From Hamiltosporidium tvaerminnensis FI-OER-3-3 (taxonomy: Eukaryota > Fungi > Microsporidia): a stretch of DNA of 64,000 bases. This document shows, piece after piece, positions 52,004 through 62,610 of this stretch. Numbering within the stretch: the first letter of the stretch is position 1; the number at the start of each line of letters is the position of its first letter. The stretch is taken from positions 1 to 64,000 of the forward strand of contig CM061255.1 of NCBI GenBank assembly GCA_022605425.2, given 5' to 3'. Position numbers and translations under genes: made by a program. The notes below the pieces were generated by a model, which had not been told where the DNA came from, did not search any database, and saw only the letters and a program-made list of their open reading frames with translations.

Positions 52004-53399
52004 AAAATTTTTCATTTTAAGATTTCATAAAAATATTTACAAAGCAGAAACATAAAACAAAAATTGTTAATAATTAAAATTTCTTTCATTTCTGTTTCCA
52101 TACCTTTGAGAAATTTTATGTTTCCAAGAACAATATAGATGTTAATTAATTTTAGAGTTGATATAAATTTTATCTTTAGTTAAAATCAGAGGTAATTTTA
52201 AAGAATATAATTTTAAATTGATAATTCCTTTTACAAGATCATTATTTCTTTCTTATTTACAAATTATGGTACGGGAATCTTGAAAACACATTTCTTAAGT
52301 TTAATCATTAAAATTCTGTAATATACCCTAAATTTCTTCTATAAATATTGTTATTATTTAACTCGAATATATTTACTATACATTATTTTCATAAATTAGG
52401 ATATTTAATTTAATTGAGAAAGATAATTATAAATTAAATAAATTTAATTTATTAATAATTAGTTAATATAATGAAACATAGATTATTTAGTTGGTTATTT
52501 GCAATATTGGTTTTATTCTGCAAAATCTTCTCTTATATTATTCCAATATTAAATATTCTTACTTATAAAATATCACGTATAATAAATATTTGATGCCTTT
52601 TTAAGTAATTCGCTCTATACTCTCTAAGAACCCCATCTAAGTTATTAATATATCTCACATAAGGCAAAATCCCATTACTTCTTTTTTTTTAATCCATTTA
52701 TTTCTATATTTAGACTATAAATCAAAATTATTTTTTATCCGTTTTTTACAACTCGTAGAACTAAAAATATATCTAAAAATCCAAATATAAAGAAAAAACT
52801 AAATATGTAAATAGAATGAATAGAAAAACAATCTAAAAGTAGAAGTTTTAAAATAATTTATTTATAGTAAAATATTACCTAAAACGAAATTCAAATTTAT
52901 TCAATCTAAATTCAAAAAATGAATTGAATTATTCGAAAACTGTAAATTATATGATTTAATTGTTCTAATATTTAAAATTGTACTTCTTAAAAGAATAAAT
53001 ATATCGTTTTAAAATCAAAGTAAAGATGAAAGTTATAAGCATTAGAATTACAATATTATAGTTTACTAAGACTAACAAGATGAAAAATTAACTATTCAAT
53101 CCATCATATCAACCATTAAAAAAAATATTATAAATTTCTTTAATTCTCAAAATATAAAATATTCTTTAAATTTTCAAAAGTAAAATTACTATTGAATAAG
53201 ATTTTGATAAACTTTTATTTTAAACATTAGAAAACAAATAAATTTTTAAATTTTCTGATTTAATAAACTTTCATTGTATTGAATAATTAAATTTTATATT
53301 TAAAATTTCTTTTTTTTTTTAACAAATTCAACTTCTTATTGTTCATTTCATTTCTTTTATCATCTAAAGAAATATTATAAGACTACCCCTTTAAATATA

Positions 53400-53975
53400 A
53401 TGATGCCTCCTCCTCCTCCTGTTAATGAGGAACTAATGAGAAAATTTCAATTTATTTTAGATAATCCATCACCACAAACAATAAAATCTTCTTTTCTTAT
53501 GAATTCATACATACGTATGAATATGATATATATGAGTCCTATCTCATTGGGAAGATTTAAATATAGAATGGAGAGTTTGGGATTACAAAGTATTCAAGTA
53601 AATTTACACGGTTTAAATTTTATTTTTAATGGATTTAATGTATTTTTCCGTGGTTCATTAAAAATAATGGGAAGTGTATTAGGAAATGAAAAAATGCAAG
53701 GAAATGAGAAAATAATAGAAAATGGTAAAATATTAGAAAACAATAAAATGTTAGGAAACAGTAAAATATTTTGTGTTGAGTTAGATTTTGAACCACATGT
53801 TACTAACAGAGAAGGTCATAAGATTTTAGTAGAGATTGAAAAGTATTTAAAAGGATGCGACACTATTTTTTTTATGACTTACTTTAGTGACATAGACAGT
53901 GAAATTTTGCATAATCCTTTATCTTCTGGTGTTAATTTTTTGTATAGAAGAATTAACAGAAGAGAGAATTCATAA
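53400..53975 (+). CDS. Hypothetical protein (191 aa) with an internal hexapeptide repeat
   Basis: ATG preceded by CCCC. Intact ORF in otherwise stop-rich DNA. Five 18-nt repeats at 53676-53765. Confidence 0.75.
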   Translation: MMPPPPPVNEELMRKFQFILDNPSPQTIKSSFLMNSYIRMNMIYMSPISLGRFKYRMESLGLQSIQVNLHGLNFIFNGFNVFFRGSLKIMGSVLGNEKMQGNEKIIENGKILENNKMLGNSKIFCVELDFEPHVTNREGHKILVEIEKYLKGCDTIFFMTYFSDIDSEILHNPLSSGVNFLYRRINRRENS

Positions 53976-56314
53976 TATTTGAGAATATAACAATTAAGTG
54001 TAATATCTTAAATTCTTTTTATTTTATATTTTTTGATTCTATTTATATTTTTATATTTTATTTGATTTACTAAAAAATATTTTCCAAATTATTTTTTAAT
54101 ATACCCGATTTACTAAAGTTTAGCCGTTAATTTGGTAGAAAACAAACTTTTTTATACATTCTCAAGAAAAAAAATTTCGAAAACAATCTTAAACTTTAAA
54201 ATCAAAGTTATAGATTCCTAAACTGTTCAATAAGAATTTTTTAGTCTCACCTGGTCTGTTTCTCGTAATTTTTTTTGGTTCTTCGTTTGCAAATTATTAT
54301 CCGCTTTGTGCAAGTTACTAAAAACTTGAGCTTTATTAATCAGCAAATTTCTCTTCTTTTTTTAATTTTACTTCTGATTTTAAGAGCTTCAGCTCGGTTT
54401 TAATGTTATATCGCCTCACCTAACGCCTATTTTTATTCAATTATGTCTTTTTTACCGAAGAAATTTATTGTTGTGCAGTGTTTTATTTGTCTAAAAACAC
54501 TGTTCTTTTAACTATATGCTGTATTATTTAATTTATTTATCTATAAATTCATACACATTTCAATAAAAATCAGTTGATTTAATCGAGTATAAACTTCCAC
54601 GAACCTATTCAAGCAAAATTATTTTGTGAAATTACTGTTGAGAATATGAATAATTACACATAAGAAAACCAAAATACCATCAATCTTATCCTAAAATTTT
54701 TATACAACATTAAACTTCTTCAAAAAAACTCAAGCCGGCGATCTAATTTGTTTTTAAAATAAAAACGTTAGAATAATTAAAATATATAAATGTATCATAT
54801 TCTTCTTAATAAATACCAAAATCAGGAAACAATTTTAACAATATTTATTTCAAATATTTTTTTGAACCAATAGAATCATTTTAATTGTTTGGTGTTCAAT
54901 TCTACTCACTATTATTGGTTCTGTAAGATTTATGAACAAATAGAAAGAGAACATATCCTAATTGAAGCACTCTTATTGGTGTCTTATAGTCTTTTAACCA
55001 ATTAAACATTTCGAGGTGAGTCGTCGTCGGGACATTACTGATTTGATTTATTAAATTATTTTTCTGTTTTAATAAAATTTGACAAATAACTCTCTTATAT
55101 ATATTATATCACAATTGTTTTCATTGATCTTAAACGTTTACGCATAAAAAACCGGGAACAAGTAATTTTAGTGTTGGTTTTTAAGTTAATTTGTGCATAT
55201 GAGCAAGTATGTAGTACAGTGAGAATAATTTTTAGTTGTTAATCCATATTTCTTGCATTATTTTCCTAATCTTATTCTCCTCCTGTTTATATGAAATTTA
55301 ATCCTGCCTCTAATCTTATTTGATTTAACTAAATTGTTCCAATAAATTTATTTTTTTATTATTTCGATTATACCACGCTCATTCTTTTATTTTTTATGAT
55401 ATTATTTTAAAATATTATTTTTATCGTATAATGAAATATTTAAAACCGAATTTATAAATGAGACTTAACTTGTTTTTTACAAACTTTATTTTCTTAATTA
55501 TTAGATTTCGATACCTTAAAGAAATTAATTTTAAAATAAATAATTTTAACAGTATACTTCTTATACCCATTCTTACATCTAGTTTTATATCCATTCATAT
55601 ATCTAGTCTTATTTATAGTTTATTCCAATTAAGAGAAAAAAATTTGAAATTTAATGACTTGTTTGTCCCTTAATTGTTTTTTGAACACAACCATTTATTT
55701 TTAAGGTAAATTAATGAAAAAAAATTACATTTAGGCTGGTTTAGGCACTCCTTATTATTTTTTGACACACAATCGCCAATTATTGTACCAACCTTCTCTT
55801 CTTCCCCTCAAAAATAGTTATATACCGTATATCTCGTATATAAAAAAAATATTAAGATAATTTGGGCAAATTAGTCGCAAATGGTTGATAAAGGAATATC
55901 ACACACATATTTCCTTAATATTCCATTCCTTTAATTTTCTTTATTTTCCTCATTTTGTATTTCTTTAATATTCTATTTCTTTTAATATTCTAAAACCTTT
56001 CTAACTTTATAATTTTTCTTTATTTTATAAAATTTATTTTCCGTTTCCATATTTAACTTAAAAAAGCCTTTTATTAGTGCAAGATGGGTTTTATTACTAT
56101 TCTCTACCTTTAAAATTATAATTATTCTTATTCTACAAATTTATATATTTCTTATCTCTAAAAATCAATAAAAAAATTGAAAATACCATAAATTCAAACC
56201 ATTCTCTTAAAAATTTCAAAAAAATCCATAGAAAACATTTAAAAACAAAACACAATTTAACTTATAAATCCAATTAATTCCTTAAATACTTAGATTACAA
56301 TACTTCATACATTT

Positions 56315-56610
56315 CTACCCAATTCTTTCCTTATTAATTACCACCTCTTAAAACCACACACGGCTTTCCAAATAATTCTATATACACCTACCCAATTCTT
56401 TCCTTATTAATTACCACCTCTTAAAACCACACACGGCTTTCCAAATAATTCTATATACACCTACCCAATTCTTTCCTTATTAATTACCACCTCTTAAAAC
56501 CACACACGGCTTTCCAAATAATTCTATATACACCTACCACCTAATTCTTTCCTTATTAATTACCACCTCTTAAAACAACACACTTCTTTCCAAATACTTC
56601 TATATACTCC
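56315..56610. repeat. Tandem repeat, 73-bp unit, about 4 copies
   Basis: acccaattctttccttattaattaccacctcttaaaacc... starts at 56317, 56390, 56463 and (diverged) about 56539. Confidence 0.95.
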
Positions 56611-56877
56611 TATATGATAGTTGATTAACGATATCGCATGTATTATAAACACAGTATAATCTTTCTAAAATAAACATTTCTTTTAATTTGTAAGGGTGTC
56701 TCTCTCCCAAAGAATTTATTTATGCAATAAAAAAAAAATAAGTAAATTAAGAGAAAGAAAGAATTAGAATAATAAACTGATAGTAATTAGGATATAACTG
56801 ATAGTAAAGTAATTAGTAATTAGTAATTAGTCAGTAATAATAAGTAATATTTATAAAGATATAGTAAAATAAGCAAC

Positions 56878-57122
56878 AAACTTCTACAAAACTAATGCAA
56901 AACTATTACAAAAAGAATACAAAACTATTACAAAAAGAATACAAAATAATACAAAATTAATACAAACTAATACAAAATAATACAAAAAGAATACAAACTA
57001 TTACAAAATAATACAAAATAATACAAAAAGAATACAAAACTATTACAAAAAGAATACAAAATAATACAAAATTAATACAAAAAGAATACAAAACTTCTAC
57101 AAAATAATACAAAAAGAATAAT
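56878..57122. repeat. (AATACAAAA)-type degenerate microsatellite in the 3' flank of the E2 gene
   Basis: About 20 variants of (aa)tacaaaa(ag/ct/t) immediately past the stop codon at 57127. Confidence 0.9.
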
Positions 57123-57126
57123 AAAT

Positions 57127-57654
57127 TTATTCTTCGATAGACTCTTGTTTCGCTAAATTTCTAACAATACGTTTATATTCTTCAATATTATTATTAAACA
57201 TCTTAGAAGCATCTACATTAGCAGGTGAAGATGTATTAGGTTCATTGAGTAAAGAAACTACAGAATGAACTATTGTTCTTATACCGTGTACAGGTGTCCA
57301 TTTTTCATCTGCTTTCATATATGAAGTAGGGTCATCATCTGCCATATGAAGTATACTGATACAAACCTTTCCATCTGAATAAATATTTGGATGAAACATT
57401 TTAGAAATGAATTTCATTTTAGGAGGTTGTATGGGATATTCAGGGTGAAATTCTATTAAAGCGTGGAGAAGACAACCTTCATATAAAGTATCTTTTTGTC
57501 CTTGTATGTATATATCCCAGTGGCTGTAATCTTTTATATCTTCTTGTTTTCTAGGCATTGCTATGAATCCAAGTGTGTGGAAGTCATTTTTTAGGTTTTT
57601 TTCTTCTGCCATCAGTCTTCTTAAAGCTGTGTCGTTTAGTTTTTTGGATGCCAT
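57127..57654 (-). CDS. UBC7: Ubiquitin-conjugating enzyme E2, Ubc7/UBE2G family
   Basis: ALRRLMAE N-terminus, YP..PP, FHPNIY.DGKVCISILH with the catalytic Cys, the acidic loop insertion (ADDDPTSY..DEKW) and EPN..SPANVDA. Confidence 0.92.
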   Translation of the reverse strand: MASKKLNDTALRRLMAEEKNLKNDFHTLGFIAMPRKQEDIKDYSHWDIYIQGQKDTLYEGCLLHALIEFHPEYPIQPPKMKFISKMFHPNIYSDGKVCISILHMADDDPTSYMKADEKWTPVHGIRTIVHSVVSLLNEPNTSSPANVDASKMFNNNIEEYKRIVRNLAKQESIEE

Positions 57655-57671
57655 GGGTTTTTGTTTGGGAA

Positions 57672-58165
57672 AGGGTGTTTATAAATAATTAAAGGGATAT
57701 AGGGTGTTAGGGATATAGGGATATAGGGATATAGGGTGTTTATAAATCATTAAAGGGTTAGAATAAGGGATATAGGGTGTTGGGGTGTTAGGGTGTTAGT
57801 AAACAGGTATACAAATAAGAGGGTGTTAGGTAAGAAAAGAAATAGATATATAGGAGAGGTTAAACAATACATTTAATAAATAAAGGGGTGTTAAACAATA
57901 CATTTGATAAATAAAGGGGTGTTACTATTGGTATTTATAAATAAAGGGGTGTTAGTAATAGTATTAATAAATAAAGGGGTGTTAGTAATAGTATAATAAA
58001 TAAAGGGGTATTAAGCAATAATATCATTAAATAAAGGGGTGTTAGTATTACTTAATAAAAAAGGGGTGTTAGTATTAGTATTTATAAATAAAGGGGTGTT
58101 AGTATTAGTATTGATAAATAAAGGGGTGTTGGTAATACACTGGTTGATTAAAGGGGTGTTAATAT
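57672..58165 (+). repeat. G-rich telomere-like arrays: (GGGATATA/GGGTGTTA)n, then a ~30-bp AATAAATAAAGGGGTGTTAGTA unit x10
   Basis: GGGG tracts at 57885, 57916, 57946, 57976, 58005, 58036, 58063, 58093, 58123 and 58153. Confidence 0.92.
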
Positions 58166-58379
58166 GAATACTAATACTACTTATAAAAATATGTATTAAT
58201 ACCCTTTATTACCAATAAGTATTAAATACTAAAATAACCCTAATAATACATGTTAATTATAACCTTTAAAAATCTAATAAAATAACCCTTTATTATAACT
58301 AAGCCTATAAGTGTTATTACAACACACTCTTTATAAATAACACTCTTCTATTCCTTATTACTAGTGTTATTTATTAGTA

Positions 58380-58687
58380 GTATGATTAACACCCTGTTAT
58401 TTATTAGTACATGATTAACACCCTGTTATCTACTAGTAATAATACTAACACCCTCTTATCTACTAGTAAATATACTAACACCCTCTACCATATTACCTTT
58501 ATAATAACACCCTTTAACTACACTACCTCCCTTTACTAACACCCCTTTAACTACACTACCTCTCCTTACTAACACCCTTTAACTACACTACCTCCCTTTA
58601 CTAACACCCCTTTAACTACACTACCTCCCTTTACTAACACCCTTTAACTACATACCTCCCTTTACTAACACCCCTTAACTACACTAC
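58380..58687 (-). repeat. C-rich TAACACCC arrays, including a ~33-bp unit x5 abutting the GlnRS stop
   Basis: taactacactacctccctttactaacacccctt starts at about 58515, 58548, 58580, 58613 and 58645. Confidence 0.92.
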
Positions 58688-61144
58688 ATTCCTTAATCCT
58701 ACTGTTAAGTTAAACACATACCTCCCTTTACTAACATCACTCTCCTCATCCAAACAGAAATAACCAACCCTCATAAATTGAAACTTATCCTCTATTTTAA
58801 CACCCTTTAAATCCTCTATTCTTATTTTACCTTTAAATATATTTAACCCTCCATTCTCATAATCATACATTCTTATTTCTACTTCTTTATATTCTTCTTC
58901 CTTAACCCAATGGACATACTTCTTAGCCTTACACAGGCACTTCTCAACAACAAGACAGGGGGTGTTATTAGTATATGTGTTAGGGTTAGTGTTAGGGTTA
59001 GTGTTAGGGTTAGGGTTAGGGTTAGTATTACTTATATCCTTAGTATTACTTATATCCTTAGTATTACTAATACTTAGATTACTTATAGTATTACTTATAT
59101 TATCATTATTACTAACACTCCCCTCACTATCCTCACACTCTATCATACCTTTGTATTTTATTGTACAGTAACCATACAATCCCATACACCTGTCCTTAGA
59201 CAATCTATAAAAATTACTTCCTCCTTCTAAATTAAAGTCTTTATTTTCTATGAAACATATTTCTGAGTTAGAGGGTGTTATAGTATAACCAAGAAGGGAA
59301 GAGGCTTTATCATAAAGGGTATTGTTATTAGATAGATTGTTAACAGGGTGTTGTTCTATATGGTTGTTAATAACACCCTGTTGTTTATTAGTACTGTTAT
59401 TAACACCCTTTTGATTATGTATACTGTCTTTAACACCCTGTTGTTTATTAATACTATCATTAACACCCTCTAATTCATTACTCTTATCATTAACACCCTC
59501 CAACCTACTATCACTAACACTCTCCAACCTACTATCACTAACACCCTCCAACCTACTATCATTATCACCCCCCTCTAACACACCCTTATCAACTATCAGT
59601 ACCTTTAACCCTTCTACTACACACATAACCTTCTTACAAATAACACTCAATTCTTCTCTTACAATCCTTTCAAATAATTTCTTATCAATAACAGTATAAG
59701 AGTAAGTAAGACCACACTGTTTAACAAATCTATTAATACTTTCTTTAGTAACACCTCTTCTTCTTAACCCACATATAGTAAATAACCTAGGATCATCCCA
59801 TTTATTATACTTTATACTTAAATCAGTTAATTTTCTTTTACTAAGAATAACACCTTTAATATTTAACCTATTAAATTCCCATTGAAAAGGTTTAAATAAA
59901 TTTAATTCATTTAAAACCCAATAATAGACATTTCTTCTTATAAAGAATTCTCTACTACAAAAACTATGGGTTATATTTTCTATAGAGTCACATATACAAT
60001 GGGTGTAATCATAGGAAGGATATACGTTATATTTATATTTTGTTCTGTAATGACTAACACCCTTTATTATACGGTATGCTACTAAGTCATACATTAAAGG
60101 GTCTGTAGAGTTTAAATCCATTTTTAGTCTTAAACAAGCACTTCCTTCTTTCCATTTACCTTCTATCATTTCCTTAAATAACACCCTATTGGTTTCAATA
60201 GGTCTATCTCTAAAGGGTGAGGGTGTAGGTTTACTAATAGAGGGGTTAGTATTAGGGTTAAGGTTGAGGTTGGGGTTAGTATTAGGGTTAGGGTTAGTAT
60301 TAGGGTTAGGATTAGTAGGGTGTTGTTTGGTAGAATTGGTATTAACACCCTGTTGTTTACTTGATAGATTGTTAACACCCTTATAATTATCAGTACTGTT
60401 ATTAACAGGGTTATAATTACTAGCCTTATCATTAACACCCTGTTGTTTACTTGATAGATTGTTAACACCCTGTTGTTTATTACTACTGTTACTAACAGGG
60501 TTATAATTACCACTACCTATATCACCCTCTAATATATCATTATTACCCTCCACTCCCTCTAATATATCCCTATCATTATCACCCTCTAACATACTATAAC
60601 CTACTCTCCTCCCTTGTCTCATTGTTTCTAAGTCTAAGTGACACACATATGCCTTTCCCTTATCAATAAGCTTAAAAGCATAATCTATAAGAATATCAAA
60701 ATAATCACTAGCATATGTTATTTTAAAAGGTTTAAATCCTAACCATTCTACATCTTTAACAATACTTTTATAAAATTCTTCTTTTTCATTTCTAGGATTC
60801 GTATCATCAAATCTTAAATAAGTAACACCGTTATTTATAAGAGAATATTCAAAACTAAGATTTATTGCTTTTGCATGTCCTAAGTGTAAATAACCGTTGG
60901 GTTCTGGAGGGAATCTTGTTACTGTTAAGGCAGGAGAAGAAGAGAGGTGAGTTGATAGGACAGAAGGGGTGTTTATTGTGTGGTGTATGTTATTAAGCTT
61001 AGAGACTTCACCGATTGAGAGCCAGTTACTGTCAACGTGTGGGTTATGTGGGTTGGATGGATTATGTTTATGTAGGTTGGAGGGATTGTCTCCTAATGGT
61101 TTTTCTCCTATTGGTTTGTCTTTTGTTTTATTTTTGTTTGTCAT
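58679..61144 (-). CDS. GLN4: Glutaminyl-tRNA synthetase with three large low-complexity in-frame insertions
   Basis: TRFPPEPNGYLHLGHAKA (HIGH), LRFDDTNP, YPSYDYTHC..DSIENITHS.C..EF, QWEF.RLN, LSKRKL (KMSKS equivalent), WDDPRLFT..GLRRRG and FQFMRVGYF. Confidence 0.96.
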   Translation of the reverse strand: MTNKNKTKDKPIGEKPLGDNPSNLHKHNPSNPHNPHVDSNWLSIGEVSKLNNIHHTINTPSVLSTHLSSSPALTVTRFPPEPNGYLHLGHAKAINLSFEYSLINNGVTYLRFDDTNPRNEKEEFYKSIVKDVEWLGFKPFKITYASDYFDILIDYAFKLIDKGKAYVCHLDLETMRQGRRVGYSMLEGDNDRDILEGVEGNNDILEGDIGSGNYNPVSNSSNKQQGVNNLSSKQQGVNDKASNYNPVNNSTDNYKGVNNLSSKQQGVNTNSTKQHPTNPNPNTNPNPNTNPNLNLNPNTNPSISKPTPSPFRDRPIETNRVLFKEMIEGKWKEGSACLRLKMDLNSTDPLMYDLVAYRIIKGVSHYRTKYKYNVYPSYDYTHCICDSIENITHSFCSREFFIRRNVYYWVLNELNLFKPFQWEFNRLNIKGVILSKRKLTDLSIKYNKWDDPRLFTICGLRRRGVTKESINRFVKQCGLTYSYTVIDKKLFERIVREELSVICKKVMCVVEGLKVLIVDKGVLEGGDNDSRLEGVSDSRLESVSDSRLEGVNDKSNELEGVNDSINKQQGVKDSIHNQKGVNNSTNKQQGVINNHIEQHPVNNLSNNNTLYDKASSLLGYTITPSNSEICFIENKDFNLEGGSNFYRLSKDRCMGLYGYCTIKYKGMIECEDSEGSVSNNDNISNTISNLSISNTKDISNTKDISNTNPNPNPNTNPNTNPNTYTNNTPCLVVEKCLCKAKKYVHWVKEEEYKEVEIRMYDYENGGLNIFKGKIRIEDLKGVKIEDKFQFMRVGYFCLDEESDVSKGRYVFNLTVGLRNVV

Positions 61145-61164
61145 TTCTTAGGGTGTCTTGTATC

Positions 61165-61581
61165 TAAGAAATAAGAAGGAAATGATAAGAAGGAAATGAT
61201 AAGAAGGAAGAGATAAGATAGAAGAGAGAGGAAGGGAGAGATAGGTATATTAGTTAACACCCTTTAATTATCTGTATTGTTATTTTCACCCTTTAATTAT
61301 ATGTATTGTTATTAACACCCTTTAATCATACTACTTATATTTAACACCTTTTAATCATACTACTTATATTTAACACCCTTTTAATTAATATATCTATATA
61401 CTTCCACCCTTTACAGCAGTACTCCAGTATACTAACACCCCCTTCTATTACATCTATACCCTTATAACCATAACCACTATATCTAACACCCCTTTATCTC
61501 ACTCTACTGCATTATCAATTCCCCCTATTGTTACATCCATACCCCTATAACCCTAACCACTATATCTAACACCCCTTTATC
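61165..61581. repeat. Repeat-filled intergenic spacer (AAGAAGGAAATGAT units, TAACACCC units and an 83-bp duplication of the DMC1 3' end)
   Basis: Direct inspection; tcactctactgcattatc occurs at both 61499 and 61582. Confidence 0.85.
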
Positions 61582-62610
61582 TCACTCTACTGCATTATCT
61601 ATTCCCCCTACTGTTATAGCATAAACAGCCTCTGCCTCAGGAACATCAGGTGAGTCATAAATCTTTGCTACTCTTGTCTCTCCTCTTCCTTTTCTTAAAT
61701 AAATCCTTGTTGTACTAGCATGTGCTAAGACATGACCACCTATTGGTTTCTTAGGATCTGCAACAAAAGAAAGGGTGGCTGAAGGATCTGCCATCATCTG
61801 GTTGGTAATAAAAACCGCCAAATTATATTCTTCACTGATACGTAGAAGTCTACTTAAAAAAGTATTTAATTTCTGTTGTCTTTCTCCCAACTCTCCTCTT
61901 CCAACAAAATCTGTTCTAAACAAAGAAATTACAGAATCTACGATCAATAGTTTGAATTTGTTTGGTTCTTCAATAAATTTATTTGTCAAATGTATCAATA
62001 AATCATTTTGATGTTCTGAGTTGTGTGCTCGTGCATAAATTACATTTTCCAAGGCTTGTTCTGGGTTTAAATCGTATCTAATTGCTATTTCTTTAAGTCT
62101 TTCTGGTCTGAAAGTTCCTTCTGTGTCTATGAATGCAGCTTTGTATGTGGAATTGAGTAGTTGTACGGTTACACAGAGTGTGTGAGAAAGTTGTGTTTTT
62201 CCTGTTCTAAATTCTCCAAATACTTCTGTTATAGCCATAGTTTGTATACCGCCGTTTAAAAGGGTGTCAAAATCTGACGATCCGGTGGATATTTTAAGGA
62301 CTTGTTCTCTTCGACAGTTAAATTGAGAGGCTGTCATAAATGAGGTGGTAGGTGTTAAAGAAGAGTCAAAGAATTTATGGACCGCTTCTTTCATTTTATC
62401 TACTTTTGTTTCACTCATACCTTTGATTTTTATAAGATTACGACGAGTGTGCATTGTTAGTCCTTTCAGTGTACAGATGCCTGCTTGTTTTAGTTTAAGG
62501 ATGTCTTGACTTGCAATACCAAAGTTTGACAGGTCATCGATTGGGTGTAAGGTTTCTTCTTCTGAGTCTTTCATCTGCTCTGAAAGAATTGTTTGTTCTG
62601 TTTCAATCAT
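61582..62610 (-). CDS. DMC1: Meiotic recombinase DMC1
   Basis: Walker A GEFRTGKTQLSHTLCVT and Walker B LLIVDS. LFRTDF.GRGEL.ERQQKL, NQM.ADP.A..SF.ADPKKPIGGHVLAHASTTR and DSPD.PE are DMC1-type rather than RAD51-type residues. Confidence 0.95.
   Translation of the reverse strand: MIETEQTILSEQMKDSEEETLHPIDDLSNFGIASQDILKLKQAGICTLKGLTMHTRRNLIKIKGMSETKVDKMKEAVHKFFDSSLTPTTSFMTASQFNCRREQVLKISTGSSDFDTLLNGGIQTMAITEVFGEFRTGKTQLSHTLCVTVQLLNSTYKAAFIDTEGTFRPERLKEIAIRYDLNPEQALENVIYARAHNSEHQNDLLIHLTNKFIEEPNKFKLLIVDSVISLFRTDFVGRGELGERQQKLNTFLSRLLRISEEYNLAVFITNQMMADPSATLSFVADPKKPIGGHVLAHASTTRIYLRKGRGETRVAKIYDSPDVPEAEAVYAITVGGIDNAVE

Noticed and set aside
57875-58687. CRISPR-like regular ~30-bp periodicity
   Set aside because: These are tandem minisatellites without unique spacers, in a eukaryotic context with no cas genes.
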